The notes: generated from the letters alone by a model not told the origin. A stretch of 64,000 bases of DNA from Mycoplasmatota bacterium (GCA_018394315.1 CP074575.1:1768615-1832614), one strand, 5' to 3'. Counted from the first letter of the stretch, positions 51,648 to 62,743 are shown. Numbers and translations: made by a program.

Positions 51648-52862
51648 TTATGTAATTTTTACCTCAAAACCTTCTTTTGGTAAATCAAGACTTGAATTAG
51701 TTTTTATTACTGCTGTTTGTGTATTCTCTACACACCAATCTACCATTGATTCATAATCAAATATTTCTTCTCTAATACATTTTTCAATTTTTGGTTTAGT
51801 AACTGGTTTACTTGGTACATAAACTGTGCAACAATCTTCAAAAGGTCTTATTGAAATATCGTAAGTATTAACATTTTTTGATATTTTTACTATTTCCGAT
51901 TTATCCATAGATATTAATGGTCTTAGTACAGGAATATTAACAACATCATTTATCGAATTAATACTTTCAATTGTTTGTGATGCGACTTGACCTAAACTTT
52001 CACCTGTTATTAAACAATTACTGCCGAATTTTTTTGCTAGTTTTTCTGATATTCTAAACATCATTCTTCTCATTATAGTTATCTTATATGAGTCATTTAC
52101 TTTTTCTAGGATTTTCATATGCAAGTCCTTAAACGGTACGAAATGAACCTTTATACCTCTATTTGGCGCATACTCAGCCATTTTTTTAGTTAACTCTACA
52201 ACTTTTTGAGCTGACTCAATTGGAGTCAAAGGAGTGGATTCAAAATGTATACCTTCTACTTCCATTCCTCTTTTCATCGTCAAAAACCCTGCTACAGGCG
52301 AATCAATTCCACCAGATAAAAGAAGCATTCCCTTACCTGATACACCAATCGGAAGACCACCTAAACCCATAGTTTTATCAAAATAAAGATAACTTGAATC
52401 CTGCCTTATTTCAATATAAAGCTTAACATCAGGATTTTTCATTTTTACTTTGTAATTATCAGTATTTTGAAGCACATAAGCAGCTACTTCTTTTGTAATA
52501 TCCATTGAAGTTAGAGGATATCTCTTATCGCTACGTTTTGTTTCTACTTTAAAAGTTTTTTCTTCCTTAATAGACTTTGATAATTCTAAAGCCAATTTCT
52601 TTATATCATTCATATCTTTTGAAGTTGTCGCAACTAAACTATATGAATGTAATCCAAAAACTTTATTTAGTCTTTCAACAACATTAGTATATTTTTCCCC
52701 ATTCAAAATAATATATAATCTATCGTGTCTTTTATCAAAAGAAATTTTTTCCAAATCATTACACTTATCTCTTACCATCTGATAAACTCTATTGATAAAA
52801 TCTTTTTTATTTTTCCCTTTTAAAGTTAATTCACCATATCTTATTAATATTCTATCGTACAT
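51648..52862 (-). CDS. thiI: tRNA 4-thiouridine synthase ThiI
   Basis: RYGELTLKGKN, LLSGGIDSPVA, TGESLGQVASQT, EDCC. Confidence 0.96.
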   Translation of the reverse strand: MYDRILIRYGELTLKGKNKKDFINRVYQMVRDKCNDLEKISFDKRHDRLYIILNGEKYTNVVERLNKVFGLHSYSLVATTSKDMNDIKKLALELSKSIKEEKTFKVETKRSDKRYPLTSMDITKEVAAYVLQNTDNYKVKMKNPDVKLYIEIRQDSSYLYFDKTMGLGGLPIGVSGKGMLLLSGGIDSPVAGFLTMKRGMEVEGIHFESTPLTPIESAQKVVELTKKMAEYAPNRGIKVHFVPFKDLHMKILEKVNDSYKITIMRRMMFRISEKLAKKFGSNCLITGESLGQVASQTIESINSINDVVNIPVLRPLISMDKSEIVKISKNVNTYDISIRPFEDCCTVYVPSKPVTKPKIEKCIREEIFDYESMVDWCVENTQTAVIKTNSSLDLPKEGFEVKIT

Positions 52863-53010
52863 TTTTTACCTCCAATATTAGAATTGCAACTAACTATATC
52901 GTAATACTGATGTCTTTTCAACTATTAATTTTACCATTTTACATATATATAAACAAATATATCTAGCAATTAAAAATACTTTAAGTATAATTATTGTAAG
53001 AGGTGATTCT

Positions 53011-53499
53011 ATGTTCGAAAAACAAAATATTAGCAATAATAAGGAAGAAATGTATTCTTTAATAATAAAGCAATTAAATTATCTATTAGAGGATGTAAAT
53101 GATAATATAGCGAATCTAAGTAATACATCTGCACTTTTAAATGTGTATTTAGAAAATATCAATTGGGTTGGTTTCTATCTTTACAAGAATAGTGAATTAG
53201 TACTTGGTCCATTCCAAGGTATGCCTGCATGTACTAAAATACAGATAGGTAATGGTGTATGTGGTACAGCAGCAAAAACATTATCAACTATGGTGGTAGA
53301 TGATGTAGGAGCGTTCCCAGGACACATTGCCTGCGATGGAGCTTCCAAATCAGAGATAGTAGTTCCAATAATTATAGAAGACAAATTATTTGGATTACTT
53401 GATATTGATAGCCCAATACTATCAAGATTCGATGAAGATGATAAACTATACCTAGAAAATGTCATAAATACTATAATATCTTACATATCCATTGACTAG
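53011..53499 (+). CDS. msrC: GAF-domain free methionine-(R)-sulfoxide reductase
   Basis: NWVGFY, LGPFQG..AC, GVCG, HIACD..SKSEIVVP, LDIDS. Confidence 0.9.
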   Translation: MFEKQNISNNKEEMYSLIIKQLNYLLEDVNDNIANLSNTSALLNVYLENINWVGFYLYKNSELVLGPFQGMPACTKIQIGNGVCGTAAKTLSTMVVDDVGAFPGHIACDGASKSEIVVPIIIEDKLFGLLDIDSPILSRFDEDDKLYLENVINTIISYISID

Positions 53500-53689
53500 T
53501 ATCACAAATTACTATATAATTATATTTGCGAAATAATGGCAGTGGCATACTTAGTTACTCAACGTGTTTATTCTGTTTAGGTGTATCGGTAGTCTTTGGC
53601 TGCAAGATGAGGATATATAATAGACTCCCTGAGATAAACTACATGTGCAAGTCGTTGTTTTAAAATAAAACAATGAAGGAGGAACATAC
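53492..53689 (+). promoter_or_regulatory. rpsD SigA promoter and ~160-nt S4 autoregulatory leader
   Basis: TTGACT-17-TATAAT (53492-53520); long, relatively GC-rich 5' UTR as known for Firmicutes rpsD. Confidence 0.65.
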
Positions 53690-54292
53690 ATGGCAAGATA
53701 TACTGGTCCAGTATGGAAGAAGTCTCGTCGTTTAGGGTTTTCAACTCTTGAAACGGGAAAAGAGCTTCAAAGACGTCCTTTTGCTCCAGGTCAACACGGG
53801 CAAAAGCGTAGAGGAAGATTATCAAATTACGGTTTACAATTACATGAGAAACAAAAAGTGCGTTTCACTTATGGATTAACTGAAAAGCAATTCAGAAGAA
53901 TCTTCAATGATGCAACTAAATTACCTGGTAAAGCAGGGGAAAATTTCTTATTCTTATTAGAATCAAGATTAGATTCACTAGTTTATAGAGCTGGTTTCGC
54001 TAGTACTAGAAGACAAGCTAGGCAGTTAGTAAATCACGGTCATATTACTGTAGATGGTAAAAGAGTGGATATACCTTCGTACAGAGTTAGACCAGGTCAA
54101 ACTATCTCATTAAGAGAAAAATCTAGAAGTTTACAAATTATTAAAGATGCTTTAGAAGCAACAACTTCAAGAAAAGAATTCATCTCTTATGATGAAAACA
54201 AATTAGAAGTTACATATGTAAGATTACCTGAAAGAGCAGAAGTTATGACTGAAATTTCAGAAAACTTAATTGTAGAGTATTACAGTAGATAA
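53690..54292 (+). CDS. rpsD: 30S ribosomal protein S4
   Basis: [34 protein letters not shown]. Confidence 0.98.
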   Translation: MARYTGPVWKKSRRLGFSTLETGKELQRRPFAPGQHGQKRRGRLSNYGLQLHEKQKVRFTYGLTEKQFRRIFNDATKLPGKAGENFLFLLESRLDSLVYRAGFASTRRQARQLVNHGHITVDGKRVDIPSYRVRPGQTISLREKSRSLQIIKDALEATTSRKEFISYDENKLEVTYVRLPERAEVMTEISENLIVEYYSR

Positions 54293-54299
54293 GTAAAAT

Positions 54300-55805
54300 G
54301 GCTCTAAGTCAAGGATTGGGGTAAACTCAATAAAAGAGTAAGAGCTCAAAGGATGTAGATTGAAAAATCTATGTCCTTTTTTTGTGCATAACTATGCAGA
54401 TACAACGTGTCTTGAATTATTGTGATGATAAAGGATCTTGTTTCTAAAGGTATTGAAACATCTGAACCCGTATGAAGTACGTTTAATCACTTTGATATAG
54501 TTGTTAGATCCTTCTATAAAAGAACTAGTATATTTAGTATTCGTATCAGGATTAATCATAAATGAATTGACTATTTCAGGTAACCATCGTTCAATTGATA
54601 ATGCTGCTTCTCTATATTCACCAATGTTAGATTTTTTAGATTCAATTATCCAACTAGAGATTTTAGAATAAACATCAGGATAAGTAGAGCTATGAACAAT
54701 CTCATAAAATGATTCTAGTAGTTCCCTAGCTGTAGCTAACTCTGGATGGATGTTTCTCATATAATCTAGTAAGTAAGAATCGCTAGTCCATTGTTTAGTT
54801 CTTTTGTCAAACTTCCAATCATTAGAGATGTTTTCCGGCTTTGTATTAAATAATCTCCACCTAGACTTGAGAACTTTATATTCTTTATCAGTACGATTAA
54901 ATTTCTTCATAATCCGTATTCTTATCTTTTTAGCTGCATTGGTGACTAGTCTCACAAAATGGAATGTATCAATAACTATAGTAGCGTTAGGGAAGAACTC
55001 CTTACAAATATCATAGTAAGTATGATACATATCCATAGTAATAACCTCTACATTATTAAGTTCTTCAGAACTAAACTTACTAAAGTAATGATGTAAATAA
55101 TCCTTATACCTACATGGTAATATGTCGATTATCTTTCTGTTCGACGGATCACATAGAGATAGATTATACTTATATCCACCACTATTACCTTTGAATTCGT
55201 CAATGCTTAATACTCTAGGTAAAGACTTTCTAGATTGTTTACAATACATATTAAATATTCTTCTTACAGTGGTAGAAGACATATTAAGTCTTTTCCCCAT
55301 GTCTTTGAAAGAAGAAACAAGTATAGCTTCTTTAATAACACTCCATTTAGAGTTAGTACTTATCTTATTGTACTTCTCTACGAATTGATTAGGTAAAGAG
55401 AACCTCTTACCACAATCACAACGATATCTACGTTGTTTGTATCTAATAAAACACTTACGGTTATTGAAAACACCGTGATTAATAGTTCGAGTATAGTAGT
55501 CATGAACTTTATCAGTTAGCTCTCCGCATACAGGACATTTAGATAACTGACGCTCTCTGGATAAGTTAATTATAATTTCATCTCCTACATGTTCATAACC
55601 ATCAATGTGAATATTTTGATCATCAATGTTGAATAGTGATTTCAAATCTTCATTAAATGTGATAAAATTTCTTTGCATAATACACCTCTTTTAATTGGGT
55701 TTCGTCGCTTTAATTATAACGTGTTATTATGCACTTTTTTTATTTCCGCTAAAAAAGTTTGAAATAAGAGAATAACTCTCTTACCCCAAACTTAATTTTA
55801 CAGCC
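54300..55805 (-). mobile_element. ISL3-family insertion sequence, 1506 bp (isoform of 27663-29169)
   Basis: Same ends; 8-bp TSD AGTAAAAT at 54292-54299 and 55806-55813. Confidence 0.95.
54392..55678 (-). CDS. ISL3 transposase
   Basis: 428 aa, colinear with 27791-29077. Confidence 0.95.
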   Translation of the reverse strand: MQRNFITFNEDLKSLFNIDDQNIHIDGYEHVGDEIIINLSRERQLSKCPVCGELTDKVHDYYTRTINHGVFNNRKCFIRYKQRRYRCDCGKRFSLPNQFVEKYNKISTNSKWSVIKEAILVSSFKDMGKRLNMSSTTVRRIFNMYCKQSRKSLPRVLSIDEFKGNSGGYKYNLSLCDPSNRKIIDILPCRYKDYLHHYFSKFSSEELNNVEVITMDMYHTYYDICKEFFPNATIVIDTFHFVRLVTNAAKKIRIRIMKKFNRTDKEYKVLKSRWRLFNTKPENISNDWKFDKRTKQWTSDSYLLDYMRNIHPELATARELLESFYEIVHSSTYPDVYSKISSWIIESKKSNIGEYREAALSIERWLPEIVNSFMINPDTNTKYTSSFIEGSNNYIKVIKRTSYGFRCFNTFRNKILYHHNNSRHVVSA

Positions 55806-55808
55806 AGT

Positions 55809-55836
55809 AAAATCCCTCATGAAGAGGGATTTTTTT
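55809..55836. terminator. Bidirectional terminator (rpsD/degV), now separated from rpsD by the IS
   Basis: AAAATCCCTC...GAGGGATTTT followed by a T-run. Confidence 0.75.
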
Positions 55837-55839
55837 TAT

Positions 55840-56694
55840 TTATTTTTTAACATAACCAACTGCAACTACTTTTGCATCTGCATGACATCCTATTACTGGT
55901 GTAACAGGTGCTATTAAAACTTCTTTATTTGGATAGTTTTTAGCAACTTCGTCTTGAATAAATTTCTCTGCTTCTGGATTGTTCGATGTATGTATAAGAA
56001 TAGTGAAATCTTCAATTTCTTTAACTTCATCAAGGAAGTGGTCAACCAATTTGCGTAATGCTTTTTTAGTTGATCTTACTTTCATTAATGTTTGAATCTT
56101 TCCTTCTTCATCAATTTCTAAGATAGGCTTTATTTTCAATGCAGTACCGATAAATCCACTTGCATTGCTTAATCTACCATTTTTTATTAATAATCTTAGC
56201 GAATCAACCACAAAGAATATTTTTTGATTATCATGAATACGTTCAAGTTTCTCAATTATTTCTTGAACATTTTTTCCTTCTTCAGCTAATTTAGCTGCTT
56301 CTATAGCTACGTAACCCTCAGGTAAAGCAACTTTTTTACTATCATATACTGTTATTTTTACATTACCTTCATATTCTTCAGCTGCGTTTACAGCAATTGA
56401 ATAAGACGCACTTAAATTAGAAGAAATTGTGATAATTATTACTTCTTCGCAACCTTCGTCTTCAAATTCCTTAATCAAATCTTGGAATTCAACATAATTA
56501 GGTGTAGATGATGAAGGCAATATCTCAGGATTTTCCTCTAACATATCGAAAAATTTATCAGCAGTCAATTCGGTGTAATCCAAATAACTTTTGTCCCCCA
56601 TTACAACTCTCATTCTAGCAGTTTTAATGTTATACCCATGATTTAAATAGTCAGTACAACCAGTAGAAGTATTTATGATTCCTATTTTTTTCAT
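55840..56694 (-). CDS. DegV/FakB fatty-acid-binding protein
   Basis: PSSSTP, ISSNLSASY, KNGRLS, LKIKPIL, PVIGCH. Confidence 0.9.
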   Translation of the reverse strand: MKKIGIINTSTGCTDYLNHGYNIKTARMRVVMGDKSYLDYTELTADKFFDMLEENPEILPSSSTPNYVEFQDLIKEFEDEGCEEVIIITISSNLSASYSIAVNAAEEYEGNVKITVYDSKKVALPEGYVAIEAAKLAEEGKNVQEIIEKLERIHDNQKIFFVVDSLRLLIKNGRLSNASGFIGTALKIKPILEIDEEGKIQTLMKVRSTKKALRKLVDHFLDEVKEIEDFTILIHTSNNPEAEKFIQDEVAKNYPNKEVLIAPVTPVIGCHADAKVVAVGYVKK

Positions 56695-58208
56695 TCTTTT
56701 TCCTCACTTATATTATAAATTTTTGAATATTTATCTTTTAAGTATCTTACATAGTATTCAGGACTAAAATCTTCACCCGTTGCTATTTTTATAAGTTCTC
56801 TAGGTGATTTTGTAGATCCATACTTGTGAAGATGCTCTTTTAAATAATCGTTCACTTTGTAAATCTCGTTGTTTTTAATTAACTGTTCTAGATTGATATC
56901 AGATTTATAATAAATTTGAGAAGCTATTGCACTTCCTAATGCGTATGTTGGGAAATACCCAAACATTCCCCATGACCAGTGAATATCTTGTAAAATACCT
57001 TCCGAATCATTATTCGGTCTAATACCTAAGTATTTTTCATATAGATCATTCCATCTTTTAGGTAATTCATCTACAGAAATATTAGTATTACATATTAGCT
57101 TTTCCATCTCATATCTTATTAATATATGTAATGGATAAGTTAATTCATCCGCCTCAACTCGAATTAATGATGCTTTTACTTTGTTAATTCCTTTATAAAA
57201 ATCTTCTAATGAAACATTAGTTAATTCATTACTAAAAATACTCTGTAATTTTTTATAATGAACTTGCCAAAAGTCGTAACTTTTACCAATTATGTTCTCA
57301 TAGAATCTCGACTGAGATTCATGCATTCCTGGACTTGCGCCTCTTGCTAGATTAGTGTTAATCAATTCTTCTGATACTTGCTGTTCATATAATGCGTGTC
57401 CAAGTTCGTGAATTCCCGCAAAGATACTAGAAGGTAAAAAATCTTCTAAATATCTTACTGTTAATCTAACGTCATTACAATTTATTCCAGAAGTAAAAGG
57501 ATGTACGCTCTCTCTTAATAAACCTCTATCTAGATCAAAATTAAAGACATCTAATAAATAATTAATAAACTCTCTTTGTTTACTTATATCGTATAATTTT
57601 GAAGTAATAAAGTTATCATCTACTTCAGGCTTTGACAACACTTCCAATACAAAAGGAACTAAGTTCTCCTTCAAATACTCAAAAAACTCATCGTATTTAT
57701 TAATAGTATATCCTTCTTCAAAATCATCTAATTTTACATCATACACGTTTTCGTCTGGATTTGTGTACTCGTTAAACTTTTTAATGTATTTGATTAATTC
57801 CTTAAAATGGTCTTTAAAAATATTATAATCACTTTTTTGTTTAGCTTCTTCCCACTTAGTATTAGCTAAAGAAAGAGTCTTTCTAAATGCAATGTATTCT
57901 TCTTTAGGGATATTTTTTTCTCTATTAATATCTTTATAAACTTTCTCGATTTCCCTTTTAAGATTTTCCTCTAATTGATCCTTAATACCAAAAAGCTCAT
58001 TTACTATTTTTATATATTCATCTGAAGTCGAAATCTTAAAAGCTTCTCCTGATAAGGTACTTATCATTTCAGCTCGGTATTTAGCACTTTTCTTAGGTGC
58101 AATTGTTTGAGCATCAAAACTAATTGTACTAAGCGCAAAACCGTATGACTTAATAATTTTTCGGTAATTTTCATACTTTTTAATTATCTCCATAACAAAA
58201 CCTCCCAA
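56691..58208 (-). CDS. Carboxypeptidase, M32 family
   Basis: HPF, HELGHALYEQ, HESQSRF, IRVEADE, QDIHWS, GYFPTY. Confidence 0.95.
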   Translation of the reverse strand: MGGFVMEIIKKYENYRKIIKSYGFALSTISFDAQTIAPKKSAKYRAEMISTLSGEAFKISTSDEYIKIVNELFGIKDQLEENLKREIEKVYKDINREKNIPKEEYIAFRKTLSLANTKWEEAKQKSDYNIFKDHFKELIKYIKKFNEYTNPDENVYDVKLDDFEEGYTINKYDEFFEYLKENLVPFVLEVLSKPEVDDNFITSKLYDISKQREFINYLLDVFNFDLDRGLLRESVHPFTSGINCNDVRLTVRYLEDFLPSSIFAGIHELGHALYEQQVSEELINTNLARGASPGMHESQSRFYENIIGKSYDFWQVHYKKLQSIFSNELTNVSLEDFYKGINKVKASLIRVEADELTYPLHILIRYEMEKLICNTNISVDELPKRWNDLYEKYLGIRPNNDSEGILQDIHWSWGMFGYFPTYALGSAIASQIYYKSDINLEQLIKNNEIYKVNDYLKEHLHKYGSTKSPRELIKIATGEDFSPEYYVRYLKDKYSKIYNISEEKE

Positions 58209-58299
58209 TGTTTATTTTAACATAATATAAAAAAAATAGATAATATTTCCATTGATAGATTCATGATATAATCAAAAAATAATTATGGAGGTGAATTTT

Positions 58300-58461
58300 A
58301 TGACAAATGGGAATCAATCAATAAAATGTGTTGTCTCTGAGTGCACTCATCATGCAAATACCAATCAGTTATGCACTCTTACTTCTATTTCTGTTGGGAA
58401 ATCGGATTCAAATGTAAATAATAGCGAATGTACAGAGTGTAGTTCATTTAGATTAAAATAA
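58300..58461 (+). CDS. DUF1540 Cys-rich small protein, 53 aa (absent from the ORF track)
   Basis: IKCVVSECTHH...LCTLTSISVG...TECSSF; GGAGGTG RBS. Confidence 0.85.
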   Translation: MTNGNQSIKCVVSECTHHANTNQLCTLTSISVGKSDSNVNNSECTECSSFRLK

Positions 58462-58484
58462 AACCTTACTAGGTTTTATTTTTT

Positions 58485-59495
58485 TTATAGACTTTTGATA
58501 ATTCTTATCAATTTTTCAATATCCTTTTTATCTATATCATTATGGCAAGCAAATCTAAATCCTCCTGGCCTATATCCTCCAATAATAATGTTTTCATCAA
58601 ACAGTATTTTTTGCAACTCTTCTTTTCTTATATGATTCATATCAAAAAATACCATATTTATATCTAATCTATCTTTATCTACATTTATAAACTCAAACTT
58701 ATCTAATTCATTCGCTAGGAATTTAGCATTATCATGGTCATCACTTAGTCTCTTAGTCATCTTTTCAAGAGCTATTATACCTGGCGCAGCTATCACTCCA
58801 ACCTGTCTCATTCCTCCGCCTAACATCTTGCGATATTTCCTAGCTTTTTTTATGAATTTAGCCTCTCCAACTAATAGAGAACCTATAGGTGCACTCAATC
58901 CTTTAGATAAACAAATACTTATGGAATCTGAATATTTTGCTAATTCCCTCGCCTCAACGTTTAATGCTACTGCTGCATTGAATAATCTAGCGCCATCTAG
59001 ATGAACTTTTATATTATTATCTTTAGCAATTTTATATACTTCTTTCATATATTCTAAATCTAAAGCTATTCCATCATGTGCATTCTCAATACATATTAGT
59101 TTAGTCTCAGGATAATGAATATCGTTGCCTCTAATAGCACGTGAAATTTCACTTAAATCCATTTTTCCTCTTTTACTTCGTATGGCATGAATATTAACTC
59201 CTGATAAACCCCCAACTGCTCCTACTTCATATTTTTTTATATGTGCATTCTCCTCTACAATAATTTCATCGCCTCGATTTGTATGAGTCATTATAGATAA
59301 TTGGTTAGAGAAAGTTCCAGTTGGTACAAATAGCGCTGCTTCTTTTCCTAGAATATCTTTAGCTAATTGCTCTAATCTTAATACAGTAGGGTCATCTTCA
59401 TAAACATCATCACCTACACATGAAGAGTACATTGCTTCTCTCATTTCTTTAGTTGGTTTTGTAACTGTATCACTTCTAAAATCAATTACTTTCAT
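58485..59495 (-). CDS. ltaE: Low-specificity L-threonine aldolase
   Basis: DFRSDTVTKP, GDDVY.DDP, HLDGARLFNA, CLSKGLSAPIG. Confidence 0.93.
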   Translation of the reverse strand: MKVIDFRSDTVTKPTKEMREAMYSSCVGDDVYEDDPTVLRLEQLAKDILGKEAALFVPTGTFSNQLSIMTHTNRGDEIIVEENAHIKKYEVGAVGGLSGVNIHAIRSKRGKMDLSEISRAIRGNDIHYPETKLICIENAHDGIALDLEYMKEVYKIAKDNNIKVHLDGARLFNAAVALNVEARELAKYSDSISICLSKGLSAPIGSLLVGEAKFIKKARKYRKMLGGGMRQVGVIAAPGIIALEKMTKRLSDDHDNAKFLANELDKFEFINVDKDRLDINMVFFDMNHIRKEELQKILFDENIIIGGYRPGGFRFACHNDIDKKDIEKLIRIIKSL

Positions 59496-60280
59496 AATAT
59501 TTCTCCTTTCAATTGTTTGTTTCGATATATAAATAGATATGTAATTATAAAGTTAACTGAAAAGAGTCCTATCAGTAATAATTCTAAACCAATTATATAT
59601 TTTGGCCACTCACCAAATAAGTCAACCAATAAAGGTACAGATGTATTTACTAACATCATATACGATCCATCTATAAGTGTATTAACAACAATTATTGGGA
59701 TTGCTATAATATGAACTATTAACATACTCTTGAGAATAGAATTTTTACTAGGAACAAGATCATGAACAAAAACCATATAATAAGTTGAAAAAATAATCAA
59801 GATATGAAAAATAAAGAATTCCCAGTATCTATATTGTAAATGAGTAAACCTTAGATCAGGATAAAACATAGCTATAAAAGCACCACCAATACTTATATAG
59901 TAAACAAAATCCATAATTTTTTTGCTTTTAGTTATTAAAACAATTTCAATTGCTAAAGCAGAGAATGAACATAAATGAAGTGGCAATGTATGTGTTATAT
60001 TATAAGTTCCTGTTAAACCTCTCCACAGTACAATGGTTATTTCACAAAATATTAAGAAAATAACTAAAAATATTCTAAAATGCTTCTCATATTTCCATGA
60101 CTTAAAAAAATTTCTTTTATAATATAAAAGTATTACTAATACAATAGTTATCAAAAGCGGAATTATATGTTCTAGGGAATATAAAGTCATTTTAGGATCG
60201 GGTTCAGTTGAAAAAAAATTCGGTAACATAATATCTATCCTCCTTGAAAGTATTTTACCCTGCTTTACATTTTTTGACAA
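59492..60280 (-). CDS. YwaF/TMEM164-family integral membrane protein
   Basis: LPLHLCS, FFIFH, FGEWP.YI; true start probably nearer 60229. Confidence 0.8.
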   Translation of the reverse strand: MSKNVKQGKILSRRIDIMLPNFFSTEPDPKMTLYSLEHIIPLLITIVLVILLYYKRNFFKSWKYEKHFRIFLVIFLIFCEITIVLWRGLTGTYNITHTLPLHLCSFSALAIEIVLITKSKKIMDFVYYISIGGAFIAMFYPDLRFTHLQYRYWEFFIFHILIIFSTYYMVFVHDLVPSKNSILKSMLIVHIIAIPIIVVNTLIDGSYMMLVNTSVPLLVDLFGEWPKYIIGLELLLIGLFSVNFIITYLFIYRNKQLKGEIL

Positions 60281-60308
60281 CTTGATTTATTATATAATAT
60301 GGATATAA

Positions 60309-61454
60309 TTGAATAGAAATGGGGGATTAATTATGAAAAAAATATTTTTAATATTAGTTTTATTACTTGTAGGTTGTAAGCAAAATTTACCCTACAACGA
60401 ATACATAAAAGAAAACAATCCGGAAGTAACAATTATTTTTGACGATAATTCCGAAATTAAACTGCAACTATTCCCAGAAGTTGCTCCTAACACTGTAAAT
60501 AATTTTATCTATCTTGCAGAATCTGATTTTTATGACAATTTAATATTCCATAGAATCATTGAAGGATTTATGATGCAAGGCGGAAGTCCAGAAATGAGTG
60601 GAGGAATTGGTGTTGATTATAAAATAAAGGGAGAATTCTCAAAAAACAGTTTTGAGAATAACTTATCTCATTATAGAGGAACGATTTCGATGGCTAGAGC
60701 TGCAAGTCTAGATAGTGCAAGTTCACAGTTTTTCCTAGTCCATAAAGATTCTTCATTCTTAGACGGCAGTTATGCGGCATTCGGTGCAATAATTGAGGGA
60801 TTTGAAGTTCTTGATAAATTCTGCACAGTAGATACTAGTAATGAAAAACCTGTTAACGACGTTGTAATCAAAGATGTAATCATCGATACTAAGGGTATAA
60901 GCTATGATGAACCTGAAAAGGTAGCTCCACTTTCAGATGAGTTTTTCTTACCTGATGAATACATTAAAGAAGATAACCCTGAAGTAAAAATAACATTCAA
61001 TGATGATATGACAATAACACTTCAATTGTTCCCAGAAGTAGCTCCAATTACAGTTGAAAACTTTCTCAAGTTAATTGAAGATAACTTCTATGAAGAAATT
61101 ATTATGCACCGTATAATTGAAGGATTTATGATTCAAGGTGGTGACCCAGCGGGGACGGGAGCTAGTGGCTCTGATGAAAAAATCATAGGTGAATTCAAGG
61201 CTAATGGTGTAGATAACTCTTTATCACATGTTCGTGGAGTAATCTCAATGGCAAGAAAGCCAACTGATCTAAATAGTGCAAGTTCACAATTTTTCATTGT
61301 TCATCAAGATTCAGAATTCTTAAATGGTAACTACGCGGCGTTCGGAATGGTCATTGATGGTTTTGATACCTTAGACTCAATTGCGACTGTTGAAACCACA
61401 AATGACAAACCGGTAAGTGACATTACAATAACATCTATAACAATAAAAAAATAG
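60309..61454 (+). CDS. Lipoprotein with two tandem cyclophilin-type PPIase domains (likely start ATG 60333)
   Basis: LVGC lipobox; HRIIEGFM.QGG, ISMAR and SASSQFF each occur twice. Confidence 0.9.
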   Translation: MNRNGGLIMKKIFLILVLLLVGCKQNLPYNEYIKENNPEVTIIFDDNSEIKLQLFPEVAPNTVNNFIYLAESDFYDNLIFHRIIEGFMMQGGSPEMSGGIGVDYKIKGEFSKNSFENNLSHYRGTISMARAASLDSASSQFFLVHKDSSFLDGSYAAFGAIIEGFEVLDKFCTVDTSNEKPVNDVVIKDVIIDTKGISYDEPEKVAPLSDEFFLPDEYIKEDNPEVKITFNDDMTITLQLFPEVAPITVENFLKLIEDNFYEEIIMHRIIEGFMIQGGDPAGTGASGSDEKIIGEFKANGVDNSLSHVRGVISMARKPTDLNSASSQFFIVHQDSEFLNGNYAAFGMVIDGFDTLDSIATVETTNDKPVSDITITSITIKK

Positions 61455-61530
61455 GCGAACTGCCTATTTTTTTTAGACCTGCTTAACTCATCTTAAGATA
61501 ATATTAACTTAAAACATGTTTCAATAGTTA

Positions 61531-62058
61531 TTACTCACCTGCAGCTTCTGCAGCAGCTATAACTGATTGTAAGTATCCATAATTTCCTGTTAAAGTAGAA
61601 CCTGCTATAGTATCTGTATCTTCTTTAAATTCTTTTAGCTCAGAAATAGTCTTATCTACAGCGTAATCTTCAATTGCTTTAATTGATTCTATCCATTCTT
61701 GAGTTGCTCCTGCAATATCTGTCATTTTAGCACTATAAACGTCATTATTTGCCCTCTTTGACCCGAGACACTTAGTTGAAGAGTCATAATTTCCTCCAAA
61801 GCCTTCAACATCTTTTCCGTTTGGAACGCAAACTACTTCATCATAGCTCTCATATTTCCAAAATTGATATTCTTCTATAGTAACTCCTACGATTTTATCA
61901 TCACTCATTGCTACTGAGGTAACTGAAAATGATCTGTTTCCATGAGGAGCATATTCGATTGTTCCAATTTTTATTTCTGTAGGTTCTTTTCCACAACCTA
62001 TCATCAATAAAGATATAGTTATAAATGCGATTATTTTTTTCATATTAACCTCCTTCAA
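61531..62058 (-). CDS. Lipoprotein, putative FMN-binding (flavinylation-type) domain
   Basis: MIGC lipobox; DTIAGSTL resembles the Dxx(S/T)GA(S/T) motif. Confidence 0.5.
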   Translation of the reverse strand: MKEVNMKKIIAFITISLLMIGCGKEPTEIKIGTIEYAPHGNRSFSVTSVAMSDDKIVGVTIEEYQFWKYESYDEVVCVPNGKDVEGFGGNYDSSTKCLGSKRANNDVYSAKMTDIAGATQEWIESIKAIEDYAVDKTISELKEFKEDTDTIAGSTLTGNYGYLQSVIAAAEAAGE

Positions 62059-62353
62059 TTTATTTTCCGTTGAATAATATCCTTTTATACTTAATTATTT
62101 GCTTTCTATTCTAAATGATATCTCCTCAAATTTTTAAGAAGACTTTTTCAACTTTTTAAATTTAGGTATTATTAAATTCACTACGAAATATACAATTTTA
62201 TATCTTGAATTATTTTTCCCTTTTATGAAAATAATATAATCACTCTTAATAATTATATTTAATAGTCAAACTCATATATAAATAGAAGTATAATTGTTGA
62301 ATTCATTCTTAAATTATGTCAAAATTAATTAAGATTAAATAAAGGAGAATATT

Positions 62354-62743
62354 ATGGCTAATCAAGTAAAAGTAAATTTCAATGAGGCTTTTTCGGGAGA
62401 ATTAATTGCACCAAGAGGAACTTCTAAAATTGGATCAACAGAAGGAACACTTGCTCCTTATGACATGTTGTTAGGTGCTCTTGCATCATGTGTACATGCA
62501 ACATATCTGGGTATTTGCAGAAAGAAAAAAGTAGCATATGAGTCTATTACATATGACATAGAAGGAATTAAAAAAGATGAGATTCCAACTACTCTTAAAG
62601 ATGTATATGTGAAAGTAATAATTAAGAATTCAGAAAATGAGAAAAAAACTTCTTCTTCAATGGAATTAGCTGTTAAATACTGTTCTATATACCAAACATT
62701 AGCAAAAGTTGCTGATATGCACTTAGATATAACTCATATATAA
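62354..62743 (+). CDS. OsmC family protein
   Basis: PYDMLLGALASC ... KYCSI. Confidence 0.85.
   Translation: MANQVKVNFNEAFSGELIAPRGTSKIGSTEGTLAPYDMLLGALASCVHATYLGICRKKKVAYESITYDIEGIKKDEIPTTLKDVYVKVIIKNSENEKKTSSSMELAVKYCSIYQTLAKVADMHLDITHI

Noticed and set aside
27663..55805. Two inverted ISL3 copies as a 28-kb composite transposon or inversion
   Set aside because: Each copy has its own intact and different 8-bp TSD, so they are independent insertions; the span also includes core genes
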